DNA from: a virus
Lineage: Duplodnaviria; Heunggongvirae; Uroviricota; Caudoviricetes
Direction: 5' to 3' (one strand)
Length of the DNA: 14,574 nt
IMG/VR virus record: IMGVR_UViG_2851955134_000008
The stretch's first letter is position 1; the number at the start of each line of letters is the position of its first letter. A program made the translations under genes and the position numbers. Shown one piece after another: positions 7,296 to 14,574 of this stretch. The notes beneath the pieces were generated by a model. That model ran no database searches. It was given only the letters and a program-made list of their open reading frames with translations, and was not told the origin of the DNA.

Positions 7296-7646
7296 TTGTA
7301 TGCGATATCATCCAAAAGGATGAGTTCCTGCATGCAGGATATTTACAATCGTAAAAACTACACTATGATACCCAGAGTGTCAGTTTGTATAAAAACTCTG
7401 TTTACGCTGAAGAAACAATTGAGATGCAACTTAAAGTTGGTAAACATGCCAGTCAAAATATATAATATTATGATTCCACGCAGCTATATATAATATAACA
7501 GATTGGTTTAATAATTTGTCTTTGTGAGTTAAATACATAATTTTATACTTGTGATGCAATGAAATTTTCCTTATTGTTGAACTGGCGAATATTGATTTTC
7601 CACCTATACTTACCTGGTGTAACCCCAATGATATCAGGTGGATAAT

Positions 7647-8378
7647 ATGCCATACATATGTTCTATCATTTTGGTGTTGAACTCGTTTGATGTCCGAATT
7701 GGTAAAGAAGATATTTTGTTTAAAAAAGGAAGTGCTGTTCTCATTGATTACAATTTAAAAGATTTTTTTTCATCAAATATAGATCATGTAATGATCGTAG
7801 ATGTTGAAGAGAAAACAGTTAATGATTTCTTTAAAAGCAACACACTCTCACCTTTTTCTGTAAGAAGGTTTTATCCGGCATACTTGATGGTGGAATGTGA
7901 AGATTTTTCATTGTTAAAGAACTTGATTGCATGCTTGAATTGTGATGGCAGAACTGTGGATTTTGTTAGAAATCAAATATCACTTGCATGTCTTGCTATC
8001 TTATCTTCAGAGAAAATAGTGCAAAGTTTTTTATTTGGATGTCTTAATAGTTTAGGAAGTAAAGTTAAGGCTATTATTCACACGGATATATCTGCAGCAT
8101 GGAGACTTTGTGATATATCTTCAAGACTGTATCTGAGTGAAAGTCTGTTAAAAAGAAAATTAAAGCACGAAGGCTTATCATTTAGTAAGTTAATTCTTGA
8201 AGAGCGAATGGTGATGGCGGAAAGGTTATTAAGCTACAATTTATATTCTGTTGGAAAAGTTGCTGAGATATGCGGTTATGAAAACACGTCATATTTTGTA
8301 AGTGTTTTCAGAAGGTATTTTGGTGTTCCTCCCCATCAATATTCATCAAGATTTTTTTTAGAAAAAGACATGATGTAA
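7647..8378 (+). CDS. AraC/XylS-family transcriptional regulator (AppY/EnvY/GadX-like), in an AT-rich island
   Basis: C-terminal 100 aa carry the two-HTH AraC signature (..LSFSKLILEERMVMAERLL..VGKVAEICGYENTSYFVSVFRRYFGVPPHQY). AGGTGG lies 7 nt upstream of ATG 7647. An alternative GTG start is at 7638. Confidence 0.8.
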   Translation: MPYICSIILVLNSFDVRIGKEDILFKKGSAVLIDYNLKDFFSSNIDHVMIVDVEEKTVNDFFKSNTLSPFSVRRFYPAYLMVECEDFSLLKNLIACLNCDGRTVDFVRNQISLACLAILSSEKIVQSFLFGCLNSLGSKVKAIIHTDISAAWRLCDISSRLYLSESLLKRKLKHEGLSFSKLILEERMVMAERLLSYNLYSVGKVAEICGYENTSYFVSVFRRYFGVPPHQYSSRFFLEKDMM

Positions 8379-8439
8379 CGTGATGCGTTTTAATGATTTT
8401 GTAATTTTCGTATTTGATAATTGTATGATGCTTTCAGCT

Positions 8440-8470
8440 ACGCCAGAATAATCGCGGCGTTTTTCTTTTT
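8440..8470 (+). terminator. Putative rho-independent terminator downstream of the AraC-family gene
   Basis: ACGCC-N11-GGCGT hairpin followed by TTTTTCTTTTT. Confidence 0.45.
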
Positions 8471-8565
8471 GAATAGATGTTCAAGCCTTACGCTAATGTA
8501 ACTTCTATACCTTTCCTCTTCGTTCCGAACCGTGTACACCATCCGTTATTTGCGGAGGTGAGGCT

Positions 8566-8781
8566 ATGAAATCCATGGATAAGTTAACAACGGGTGTCGC
8601 CTATGGCACCTCAGCAGGTAGTGCCGGTTACTGGTTTTTACAGCTGCTCGATAAAGTCACGCCCTCACAGTGGGCAGCAATAGGTGTGCTGGGTAGCCTG
8701 GTATTTGGCCTGCTGACGTACCTGACAAACCTTTATTTCAAGATTAAAGAAGATAAGCGCAAGGCTGCGAGAGGTGAATAA
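8566..8781 (+). CDS. S: Pinholin, phage-21 S21 type, with dual starts (MKSMDK: antiholin from 8566, holin from 8575)
   Basis: 71-aa ORF matching recalled S21/EssD (..[43 protein letters not shown]). Two transmembrane segments. It lies immediately upstream of the endolysin. Confidence 0.9.
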
Positions 8782-9278
8782 TGCCTCCATCATTACGAAA
8801 AGCCGTTGCTGCTGCTATTGGTGGCGGAGCAATTGCTATAGCATCAGTGTTAATCACTGGCCCAAGTGGTAACGATGGTCTGGAAGGTGTCAGCTACATA
8901 CCATACAAAGATATCGTTGGCGTATGGACTGTATGTCACGGGCATACAGGAAAAGACATCATTCCCGGTAAAACGTATACCGAAGCAGAATGCAAAGCCC
9001 TCCTGAATAAAGACCTTGCCACGGTAGCCAGACAAATTAACCCGTACATCAAAGTCGATATACCGGAAACAACGCGCGGCGCTCTTTACTCGTTCGTCTA
9101 TAACGTGGGCGCAGGCAATTTCAGAACATCTACTCTTCTTCGCAAAATAAACCAGGGCGATATCAGGGGCGCATGTGACCAGCTACGTCGCTGGGCATAC
9201 GCTGGCGGTAAGCAATGGAAAGGCCTGATGACTCGTCGTGAGATTGAGCGTGAGGTCTGTTTGTGGGGGCAACAATGA
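8781..9278 (+). CDS. R: SAR endolysin (signal-anchor-release lysozyme), R21 type
   Basis: 165-aa ORF with an N-terminal glycine/alanine-rich SAR segment ([20 protein letters not shown]) followed by a lysozyme domain. Its start overlaps the S stop (TAATG). Confidence 0.9.
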   Translation: MPPSLRKAVAAAIGGGAIAIASVLITGPSGNDGLEGVSYIPYKDIVGVWTVCHGHTGKDIIPGKTYTEAECKALLNKDLATVARQINPYIKVDIPETTRGALYSFVYNVGAGNFRTSTLLRKINQGDIRGACDQLRRWAYAGGKQWKGLMTRREIEREVCLWGQQ

Positions 9279-9739
9279 GCAGGGTAACCGCGATTATCTC
9301 CGCTCTGGTTATCTGCATCATCGTCTGCCTGTCATGGGCTGTTAATCATTACCGTGATAACGCCATTACCTACAAAGCCCAGCGCGACAAAAATGCCAGA
9401 GAACTGAAGCTGGCGAACGCGGCAATTACTGACATGCAGATGCGTCAGCGTGATGTTGCTGCGCTCGATGCAAAATACACGAAGGAGTTAGCTGATGCGA
9501 AAGCTGAAAATGATGCTCTGCGTGATGATGTTGCCGCTGGTCGTCGTCGGTTGCACATCAAAGCAGTCTGTCAGTCAGTGCGTGAAGCCACCACCGCCTC
9601 CGGCGTGGATAATGCAGCCTCCCCCCGACTGGCAGACACCGCTGAACGGGATTATTTCACCCTCCGGGAACGACTGGTAATGATGCAGGCCCAACTTGAA
9701 GGTGCTCAGCAATACATAACCGAGCAGTGTTTAAAGTAA
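9275..9739 (+). CDS. Rz: Rz i-spanin (inner-membrane spanin subunit)
   Basis: Starts at ATGA, overlapping the R stop. It has an N-terminal transmembrane segment and a coiled-coil-like periplasmic domain. Rz1 is embedded in the +1 frame. Confidence 0.85.
   Translation: MSRVTAIISALVICIIVCLSWAVNHYRDNAITYKAQRDKNARELKLANAAITDMQMRQRDVAALDAKYTKELADAKAENDALRDDVAAGRRRLHIKAVCQSVREATTASGVDNAASPRLADTAERDYFTLRERLVMMQAQLEGAQQYITEQCLK
9495..9680 (+). CDS. Rz1: Rz1 o-spanin (outer-membrane lipoprotein), embedded within Rz in a different frame
   Basis: 61-aa ORF with a lipobox (LVVVGC) and a proline-rich mature region ([15 protein letters not shown]), entirely inside Rz. Confidence 0.8.
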   Translation: MRKLKMMLCVMMLPLVVVGCTSKQSVSQCVKPPPPPAWIMQPPPDWQTPLNGIISPSGNDW

Positions 9740-9876
9740 AATCTTAACTACAATATGATTCATTTTGATGATTGTTTCATAAGGAACAGTGAAGTAAGAT
9801 CTAAGAGGAGTTAAATTTTATACAGTATAATCATAATATTGCAGCAAGGTGGTTATAATTGAAAGAATATTTAGAT

Positions 9877-11334
9877 ATGAATACATCTCATGTAAGAGTT
9901 GTTACTCATATGTGTGGGTTCCTGGTTTGGCTCTATAGTCTTTCAATGTTGCCACCAATGGTTGTAGCATTGTTTTATAAAGAAAAAAGCCTGTTCGTTT
10001 TCTTTATAACTTTCGTTATATTTTTTTGCATTGGTGGCGGAGCGTGGTATACAACTAAGAAATCTGGCATTCAATTACGTACCCGTGATGGGTTTATTAT
10101 AATTGTAATGTTTTGGATTTTGTTTTCTGTTATTAGTGCATTCCCTTTATGGATTGACTCAGAACTTAATTTAACGTTCATTGATGCTCTGTTTGAAGGG
10201 GTTTCTGGAATAACAACAACAGGAGCAACTGTAATTGATGATGTTAGTTCATTACCTCGGGCATATTTGTACTATCGGTCACAGTTAAATTTTATAGGTG
10301 GTTTAGGAGTTATTGTTCTGGCGGTTGCTGTATTGCCATTATTGGGTATTGGTGGTACAAAGCTTTATCAGTCAGAAATGCCGGGGCCATTTAAGGATGA
10401 CAAACTCACTCCCCGCCTGGCCGATACGTCACGGACACTGTGGATAACTTATTCTTTATTAGGTATTGCTTGTATTGTCTGTTATAGACTTGCAGGAATG
10501 CCTTTGTTTGATGCTATTTGTCACGGGATTTCCACAGTTTCGCTTGGTGGTTTCTCAACTCATAGCGAGAGTATCGGATATTTTAATAACTATTTGGTTG
10601 AGCTGGTGGCTGGTTCTTTTTCCCTGCTATCGGCTTTCAACTTCACTCTTTGGTATATTGTTATTAGCAGGAAAACGATAAAACCTTTAATCAGAGATAT
10701 TGAACTTCGTTTCTTTCTGTTAATAGCCTTAGGGGTGATCATTGTTACCTCTTTCCAGGTCTGGCATATAGGTATGTATGACTTGCATGGAAGTTTTATT
10801 CATTCGTTTTTTCTTGCCAGCTCCATGCTCACTGATAATGGTTTAGCTACGCAGGATTATGCAAACTGGCCCACGCACACGATAGTGTTTTTGCTGTCGT
10901 CAAGTTTCTTTGGGGGATGTATAGGTTCAACTTGTGGTGGAATTAAGTCACTTCGATTTCTTATACTTTTCAAACAAAGCAAACACGAGATAAATCAGCT
11001 TTCTCATCCCAGAGCGTTGTTGAGTGTAAATGTAGGAGGGAAGATAGTTACAGATCGTGTAATGAGGTCTGTATGGAGTTTCTTTTTTCTTTATACTCTC
11101 TTCACGGTGTTTTTTATACTGGTGTTAAATGGTATGGGATATGATTTTCTTACATCATTTGCAACAGTGGCTGCATGTATTAATAATATGGGATTAGGTT
11201 TTGGGGCTACTGCATCGTCATTCGGAGTGCTTAATGACATTGCAAAATATTTAATGTGCATAGCTATGATTCTTGGTCGCCTTGAAATTTATCCTGTTAT
11301 TATATTGTTTTCAGGTTTTTTTTGGCGCTCCTAA
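9877..11334 (+). CDS. trkG: TrkG/TrkH-family potassium uptake transporter (prophage-borne, as trkG in the Rac prophage)
   Basis: 485-aa polytopic membrane ORF matching recalled E. coli TrkG from MNTSHVRVVTHMCGFLVWLYSL onward. The region is AT-rich. An alternative in-frame TTG lies at 9859. Confidence 0.9.
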   Translation: MNTSHVRVVTHMCGFLVWLYSLSMLPPMVVALFYKEKSLFVFFITFVIFFCIGGGAWYTTKKSGIQLRTRDGFIIIVMFWILFSVISAFPLWIDSELNLTFIDALFEGVSGITTTGATVIDDVSSLPRAYLYYRSQLNFIGGLGVIVLAVAVLPLLGIGGTKLYQSEMPGPFKDDKLTPRLADTSRTLWITYSLLGIACIVCYRLAGMPLFDAICHGISTVSLGGFSTHSESIGYFNNYLVELVAGSFSLLSAFNFTLWYIVISRKTIKPLIRDIELRFFLLIALGVIIVTSFQVWHIGMYDLHGSFIHSFFLASSMLTDNGLATQDYANWPTHTIVFLLSSSFFGGCIGSTCGGIKSLRFLILFKQSKHEINQLSHPRALLSVNVGGKIVTDRVMRSVWSFFFLYTLFTVFFILVLNGMGYDFLTSFATVAACINNMGLGFGATASSFGVLNDIAKYLMCIAMILGRLEIYPVIILFSGFFWRS

Positions 11335-11420
11335 TATATGGCTGATTTATAATTGTGAGTTTAATATTATATTGACTCACTCATTGATCCAATACCTAAC
11401 TTTACCAGCAACACCTCCGC

Positions 11421-11455
11421 CCCCAGTAGCACTGGCTGCTGGGGTGCGTTTTATT
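11421..11455 (+). terminator. Putative rho-independent terminator after trkG
   Basis: CCCCAG..CTGGGG stem (with internal AGC/GCT pairing) followed by TGCGTTTTATTC. Confidence 0.4.
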
Positions 11456-11471
11456 CATAAAGCAAGGCTGT

Positions 11472-13304
11472 ATGAGCGAGAAATTAAAGATAGTCTATCG
11501 CCCATTACAAGAATTGTCACCGTATGCGCACAACGCCAGGACGCACAGTACTGAGCAGGTGGCACAACTGGTAGAAAGTATTAAGCAATTCGGCTGGACT
11601 AATCCGGTGCTGATTGACGAAAAGGGCGAAATTATTGCGGGTCACGGTCGTGTTATGGCGGCTGAAATGCTCAAAATGGATTCTGTTCCGGTCATTGTTC
11701 TGTCTGGCCTGACGGATGAGCAGAAAAAGGCGTACCGCCTGGCAGATAATCGCCTACCGATGAATGCTGGCTGGGATGAAGATCTGTTGCGGATGGAGCT
11801 GTCGGACCTAATCAATGCTGATTTTGATGTCTCCCTGACAGGCTTCGGCCCGACACAAATTGATGAACTGTTGACGGATGTTTTGCCCGGTACAGGAAAT
11901 AAGGAGGAGGGGAATACCAATATATCCGGCGTCACGGTGGTGTTCCGGGCCGGTGAGCAGGAGCAGACACCGCCGGAGGGATTTGAATCCTCCGGCTCCG
12001 AGACGGTGCTCGGTACAGAAGTGAAATATGACACGCCGATCACCCGGACCATCACGTCGGCAAACATTGACCGTCTGCGTTTTACTTTCGGCGTGCAGGC
12101 ACTGGTGGAAACCACCTCAAAGGGGGACAGGAATCCATCGGAAGTCCGCCTGCTGGTTCAGATACAACGTAACGGTGGCTGGGTGACGGAAAAAGACATC
12201 ACCATTAAGGGTAAAACCACTTCACAGTATCTGGCCTCGGTGGTGGTGGATAACCTGCCGCCGCGCCCGTTCAGTATCCGGATGCGCAGGATGACGCCGG
12301 ACAGCACCACAGACCAGCTGCAGAACAAAACGCTCTGGTCGTCATACACCGAAATTATCGATGTGAAACAGTGCTACCCGAACACGGCACTGTTCGGCGT
12401 GCAGGTGGACTCGGAGCAGTTCGGCAGCCAGCAGGTGAGCCGTAATTATCATCTGCGCGGGCGTATTCTGCAGGTGCCGTCGAATTATAACCCGCAGACG
12501 CGGCAATACAGCGGTATCTGGGACGGAACGTTTAAACCGGCATACAGCAACAACATGGCCTGGTGTATGTGGGATATGCTGACCCATCCGCGCTACGGCA
12601 TGGGGAAACGTCTTGGTGCAGCGGATGTAGATAAATGGGCGCTGTATGTCATCGGCCAGTACTGCGACCAGTCGGTGCCGGACGGCTTTGGCGGCACGGA
12701 GCCGCGCATCACCTGTAATGCGTACCTGACCACACAGCGCAAGGCGTGGGATGTGCTCAGTGATTTCTGCTCGGCGATGCGCTGTATGCCGGTATGGAAC
12801 GGGCAGACGCTGACGTTCGTGCAGGACCGACCATCAGATAAGGTGTGGACCTATAACCGCAGTAATGTGGTGATGCCGGATGATGGCGCGCCGTTCCGCT
12901 ACAGCTTCAGCGCCCTGAAGGACCGCCATAATGCCGTTGAGGTGAACTGGATTGACCCGAACAACGGCTGGGAGACGGCGACAGAGCTTGTTGAAGATAC
13001 GCAGGCCATTGCCCGTTACGGTCGTAACGTCACGAAGATGGATGCCTTTGGCTGTACCAGCCGGGGGCAGGCGCACCGCGCCGGGCTGTGGCTGATTAAA
13101 ACGGAACTGCTGGAAACGCAGACCGTGGACTTCAGCGTGGGTGCGGAAGGGCTTCGCCATGTACCGGGGGATGTCATTGAAATCTGCGATGATGACTATG
13201 CGGGTATCAGCATCGGCGGGCGTGTGCTGGCGGTGAACAGCCAGACCCGGACGCTGACGCTCGACCGTGAAATCACGCTGCCATCCTCCGGTAAATCCGT
13301 TTAA
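11472..13304 (+). CDS. J: In-frame chimera: ParB-like nuclease-domain protein N-terminus (~145 aa, YnaK-like) fused to an internal segment of lambda tail-tip protein J (to about J residue 530), then a stop 3 codons past the J homology
   Basis: Residues 1-145 carry a ParB/Srx-like motif ([11 protein letters not shown]). From [36 protein letters not shown] to REITLPSSG the sequence matches recalled lambda J. J's N-terminal ~65 residues and C-terminal ~600 residues, including the receptor-binding end, are absent. Confidence 0.85.
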   Translation: MSEKLKIVYRPLQELSPYAHNARTHSTEQVAQLVESIKQFGWTNPVLIDEKGEIIAGHGRVMAAEMLKMDSVPVIVLSGLTDEQKKAYRLADNRLPMNAGWDEDLLRMELSDLINADFDVSLTGFGPTQIDELLTDVLPGTGNKEEGNTNISGVTVVFRAGEQEQTPPEGFESSGSETVLGTEVKYDTPITRTITSANIDRLRFTFGVQALVETTSKGDRNPSEVRLLVQIQRNGGWVTEKDITIKGKTTSQYLASVVVDNLPPRPFSIRMRRMTPDSTTDQLQNKTLWSSYTEIIDVKQCYPNTALFGVQVDSEQFGSQQVSRNYHLRGRILQVPSNYNPQTRQYSGIWDGTFKPAYSNNMAWCMWDMLTHPRYGMGKRLGAADVDKWALYVIGQYCDQSVPDGFGGTEPRITCNAYLTTQRKAWDVLSDFCSAMRCMPVWNGQTLTFVQDRPSDKVWTYNRSNVVMPDDGAPFRYSFSALKDRHNAVEVNWIDPNNGWETATELVEDTQAIARYGRNVTKMDAFGCTSRGQAHRAGLWLIKTELLETQTVDFSVGAEGLRHVPGDVIEICDDDYAGISIGGRVLAVNSQTRTLTLDREITLPSSGKSV

Positions 13305-13608
13305 CCACAGCTCCGTCCCTAAACATCCACTTACTGGAATCATCAGCGCAGCGGTTGGCTGTAATATCTGGAACCTCAACGACGCTATAACCTTCAGGGT
13401 TAAGCGTGGAGGCATCTTTGGTGATGGCGACAATAATATTATTTGCATCGTAAACAATCTTTATTGTGTCTGGCTGAAAGTTTTTCACTTCCTCATACCA
13501 GTTTTTTCCGTCTTCGGACCATAACCAGATAACATCAAAATTCTTTGTTAGCTGATATTGTTCTTTTGTTTTTGGATTTCCAGACTTAATATTTTTTAAA
13601 TGCTGCAT
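13273..13608 (-). pseudogene. tfa: Tail fibre assembly gene (Mu U / e14 TfaE-like family), 3'-truncated at the junction with J and reading antisense into J sequence
   Basis: N-terminus [14 protein letters not shown]...[30 protein letters not shown] resembles the recalled Tfa family. The ORF is 111 aa against roughly 190 aa for that family. Its last codons overlap the J-homologous sequence on the other strand. Confidence 0.6.
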
Positions 13609-13611
13609 AAA

Positions 13612-14574
13612 TTACACCTGTACGACGTTATACCATGTGCCATTGATGTATTTTTGTATTGGTCTGAATACTGCCGGATCATCGCCATCAACTGCACCGA
13701 TAATGCCAAGCCCCGTAATTGCATGACCTGATTTCTCATACATCACGCCTTTTTGCATAGTCTGAACAACACGTGTACCAAGTCGGACATCTCTCACATA
13801 ACGTGAGTCAAAATTACCATAATTGCCGGGAATAACTTGCGCACCGCAAAGCCAGTTGCCATTGTTGTCCATGTACGCCTGACCATCGGTGCCATTGGCT
13901 GTCCTTGAGTTATTAATCATGTAGATGCCAAATTGCTTATTCCCCAGTCCACCAATCATAAATTTGCGATCAGCGTGGTCCTGACGAAGTAATGCCTGCG
14001 CACCATCGGTGGATACCGCATTGCGTCCCAAAATAACATTCTGGTCACGCATATGAATCCACATGCCGGTACTACTGTTAATTGCAAAACGGTTTGCAAA
14101 TATATCCCCTGTAACATCAAGACCATGCCCCATGCTTATCCGACCAGTTCTGAGATTAAGCGTAAAGGGGCGTAGTGGCCCTATATCACCATTTTCTCCC
14201 TCATTCTCTCGTGTAGGGATGATATGCAGGCATTCTTCAGAACGACGAAAAATAGCACCAAAAGATGAATTAAATATCCTCAGTGCATTGACTGTCGATA
14301 TTTTTACTTCACTGCTGAAAAGGGCTTTAACAAGGACAGACAAAGCATCCCATTTAAGAGTCATCAGGTCTTTTGTTGTGGTGCTCTGGCGGCTTCTCCA
14401 TTTGAAATATTCATTGCCGTTGTCGCCTGTTTCAAACCACATGTATGAATCAGTGTCGCTGTCGGCATTATTTTTAAAACCAATCTTTGCCCAGTCAGTA
14501 TTTCTAATCCAGGCAAGGATTGAGTCGTTTTCAAAAGTAAGCCCACCGGACAAGGTATCGCCATTCTTTTGCAC
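13612..14574 (-). CDS. stf: Tail fibre protein, C-terminal portion (5' end lies beyond the window), directly upstream of tfa
   Basis: Open frame from the window edge to a stop at 13612, four nt before the tfa start. The glycine/asparagine-rich sequence is typical of a fibre distal domain. The labelled first Met is not the real start. Confidence 0.6.
   Translation of the reverse strand: MQKNGDTLSGGLTFENDSILAWIRNTDWAKIGFKNNADSDTDSYMWFETGDNGNEYFKWRSRQSTTTKDLMTLKWDALSVLVKALFSSEVKISTVNALRIFNSSFGAIFRRSEECLHIIPTRENEGENGDIGPLRPFTLNLRTGRISMGHGLDVTGDIFANRFAINSSTGMWIHMRDQNVILGRNAVSTDGAQALLRQDHADRKFMIGGLGNKQFGIYMINNSRTANGTDGQAYMDNNGNWLCGAQVIPGNYGNFDSRYVRDVRLGTRVVQTMQKGVMYEKSGHAITGLGIIGAVDGDDPAVFRPIQKYINGTWYNVVQV

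Larger units (their letters stand above)
1331..14574. mobile_element. Defective mosaic lambdoid prophage (left end at attL; right end lies beyond the window)
   Basis: Prophage gene order attL-int'-gam-kil-cIII-ea10-sieB-N-cI-cro'-Q-S-R-Rz-...-J' in canonical orientation. Several in-frame deletion fusions. Integration, recombination, replication, head and most tail genes are absent. Confidence 0.85.

Noticed and set aside
7296-7628. Two 65-aa ORFs (7296..7493 plus, 7431..7628 minus) in the AT-rich leader
   Set aside because: Very AT-rich with no RBS. Stop-poor frames are expected by chance at this composition. Better read as a regulatory leader.
8850-9035. 61-aa minus-strand ORF inside the endolysin gene
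   Set aside because: Antisense shadow ORF within a well-supported SAR endolysin.
10466-11554. ORFs 10466..10681 (inside trkG) and 11273..11554 (spanning the trkG 3' end and intergenic region)
   Set aside because: The first is an alternative frame of trkG. The second overlaps the trkG stop, a putative terminator and the ParB-like start, with no independent support.
11642-13524. Minus-strand ORFs 11642..12115, 12158..12349, 12342..12587, 12834..13457 and plus-strand 13267..13524
   Set aside because: All are antisense to the strongly supported J-derived or tfa reading frames in GC-rich DNA. They are shadow ORFs.
14364-14564. 66-aa minus-strand ORF overlapping the tail-fibre frame
   Set aside because: Alternative frame within the longer tail-fibre ORF.
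1-14574. CRISPR array, tRNA/rRNA genes, IS element with terminal inverted repeats
   Set aside because: I found no regularly spaced direct repeats with unique spacers, no tRNA-like cloverleaf candidates in intergenic regions, and no transposase ORF. The palindromes seen are operators or terminators.

Overview
This window is the left part of a heavily deleted, mosaic lambda-family prophage integrated at the chromosomal lambda attachment site beside ybhC (1..1284, minus strand). The order is: ybhC; attL with the lambda core GCTTTTTTATACTAA (1331..1345); an in-frame Gam-Int chimera (bet/exo/xis and the 5' part of int are missing); kil, cIII, ea10; a SieB-like exclusion gene; an N-type antiterminator with nutL; a P22-c2-type repressor with three 18-bp operators; a cro remnant cut after codon 16 and joined to the region just upstream of a phage-21/DLP12-type Q (no replication or nin genes); tR'; a three-gene cargo insert (Blc-like lipocalin lipoprotein, TudS-like DUF523/DUF1722 protein, AraC-family regulator); a phage-21-type lysis cassette (pinholin, SAR endolysin, Rz with embedded Rz1); trkG; an in-frame ParB-like::J chimera (head and most tail genes missing); and an inverted, truncated tail-fibre assembly gene plus a tail-fibre C-terminus running off the window end. 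I found no CRISPR array, tRNA, rRNA or IS element with recognisable terminal repeats. All homology calls rest on recalled protein sequences and gene order, not database searches. I did not find a clearly novel system. The two most interesting observations are the collapsed repressor-pR-cro'-Q-pR'-lysis arrangement, which could act as an SOS-triggered lysis switch, and the uncharacterised cargo between Q and the lysis genes.
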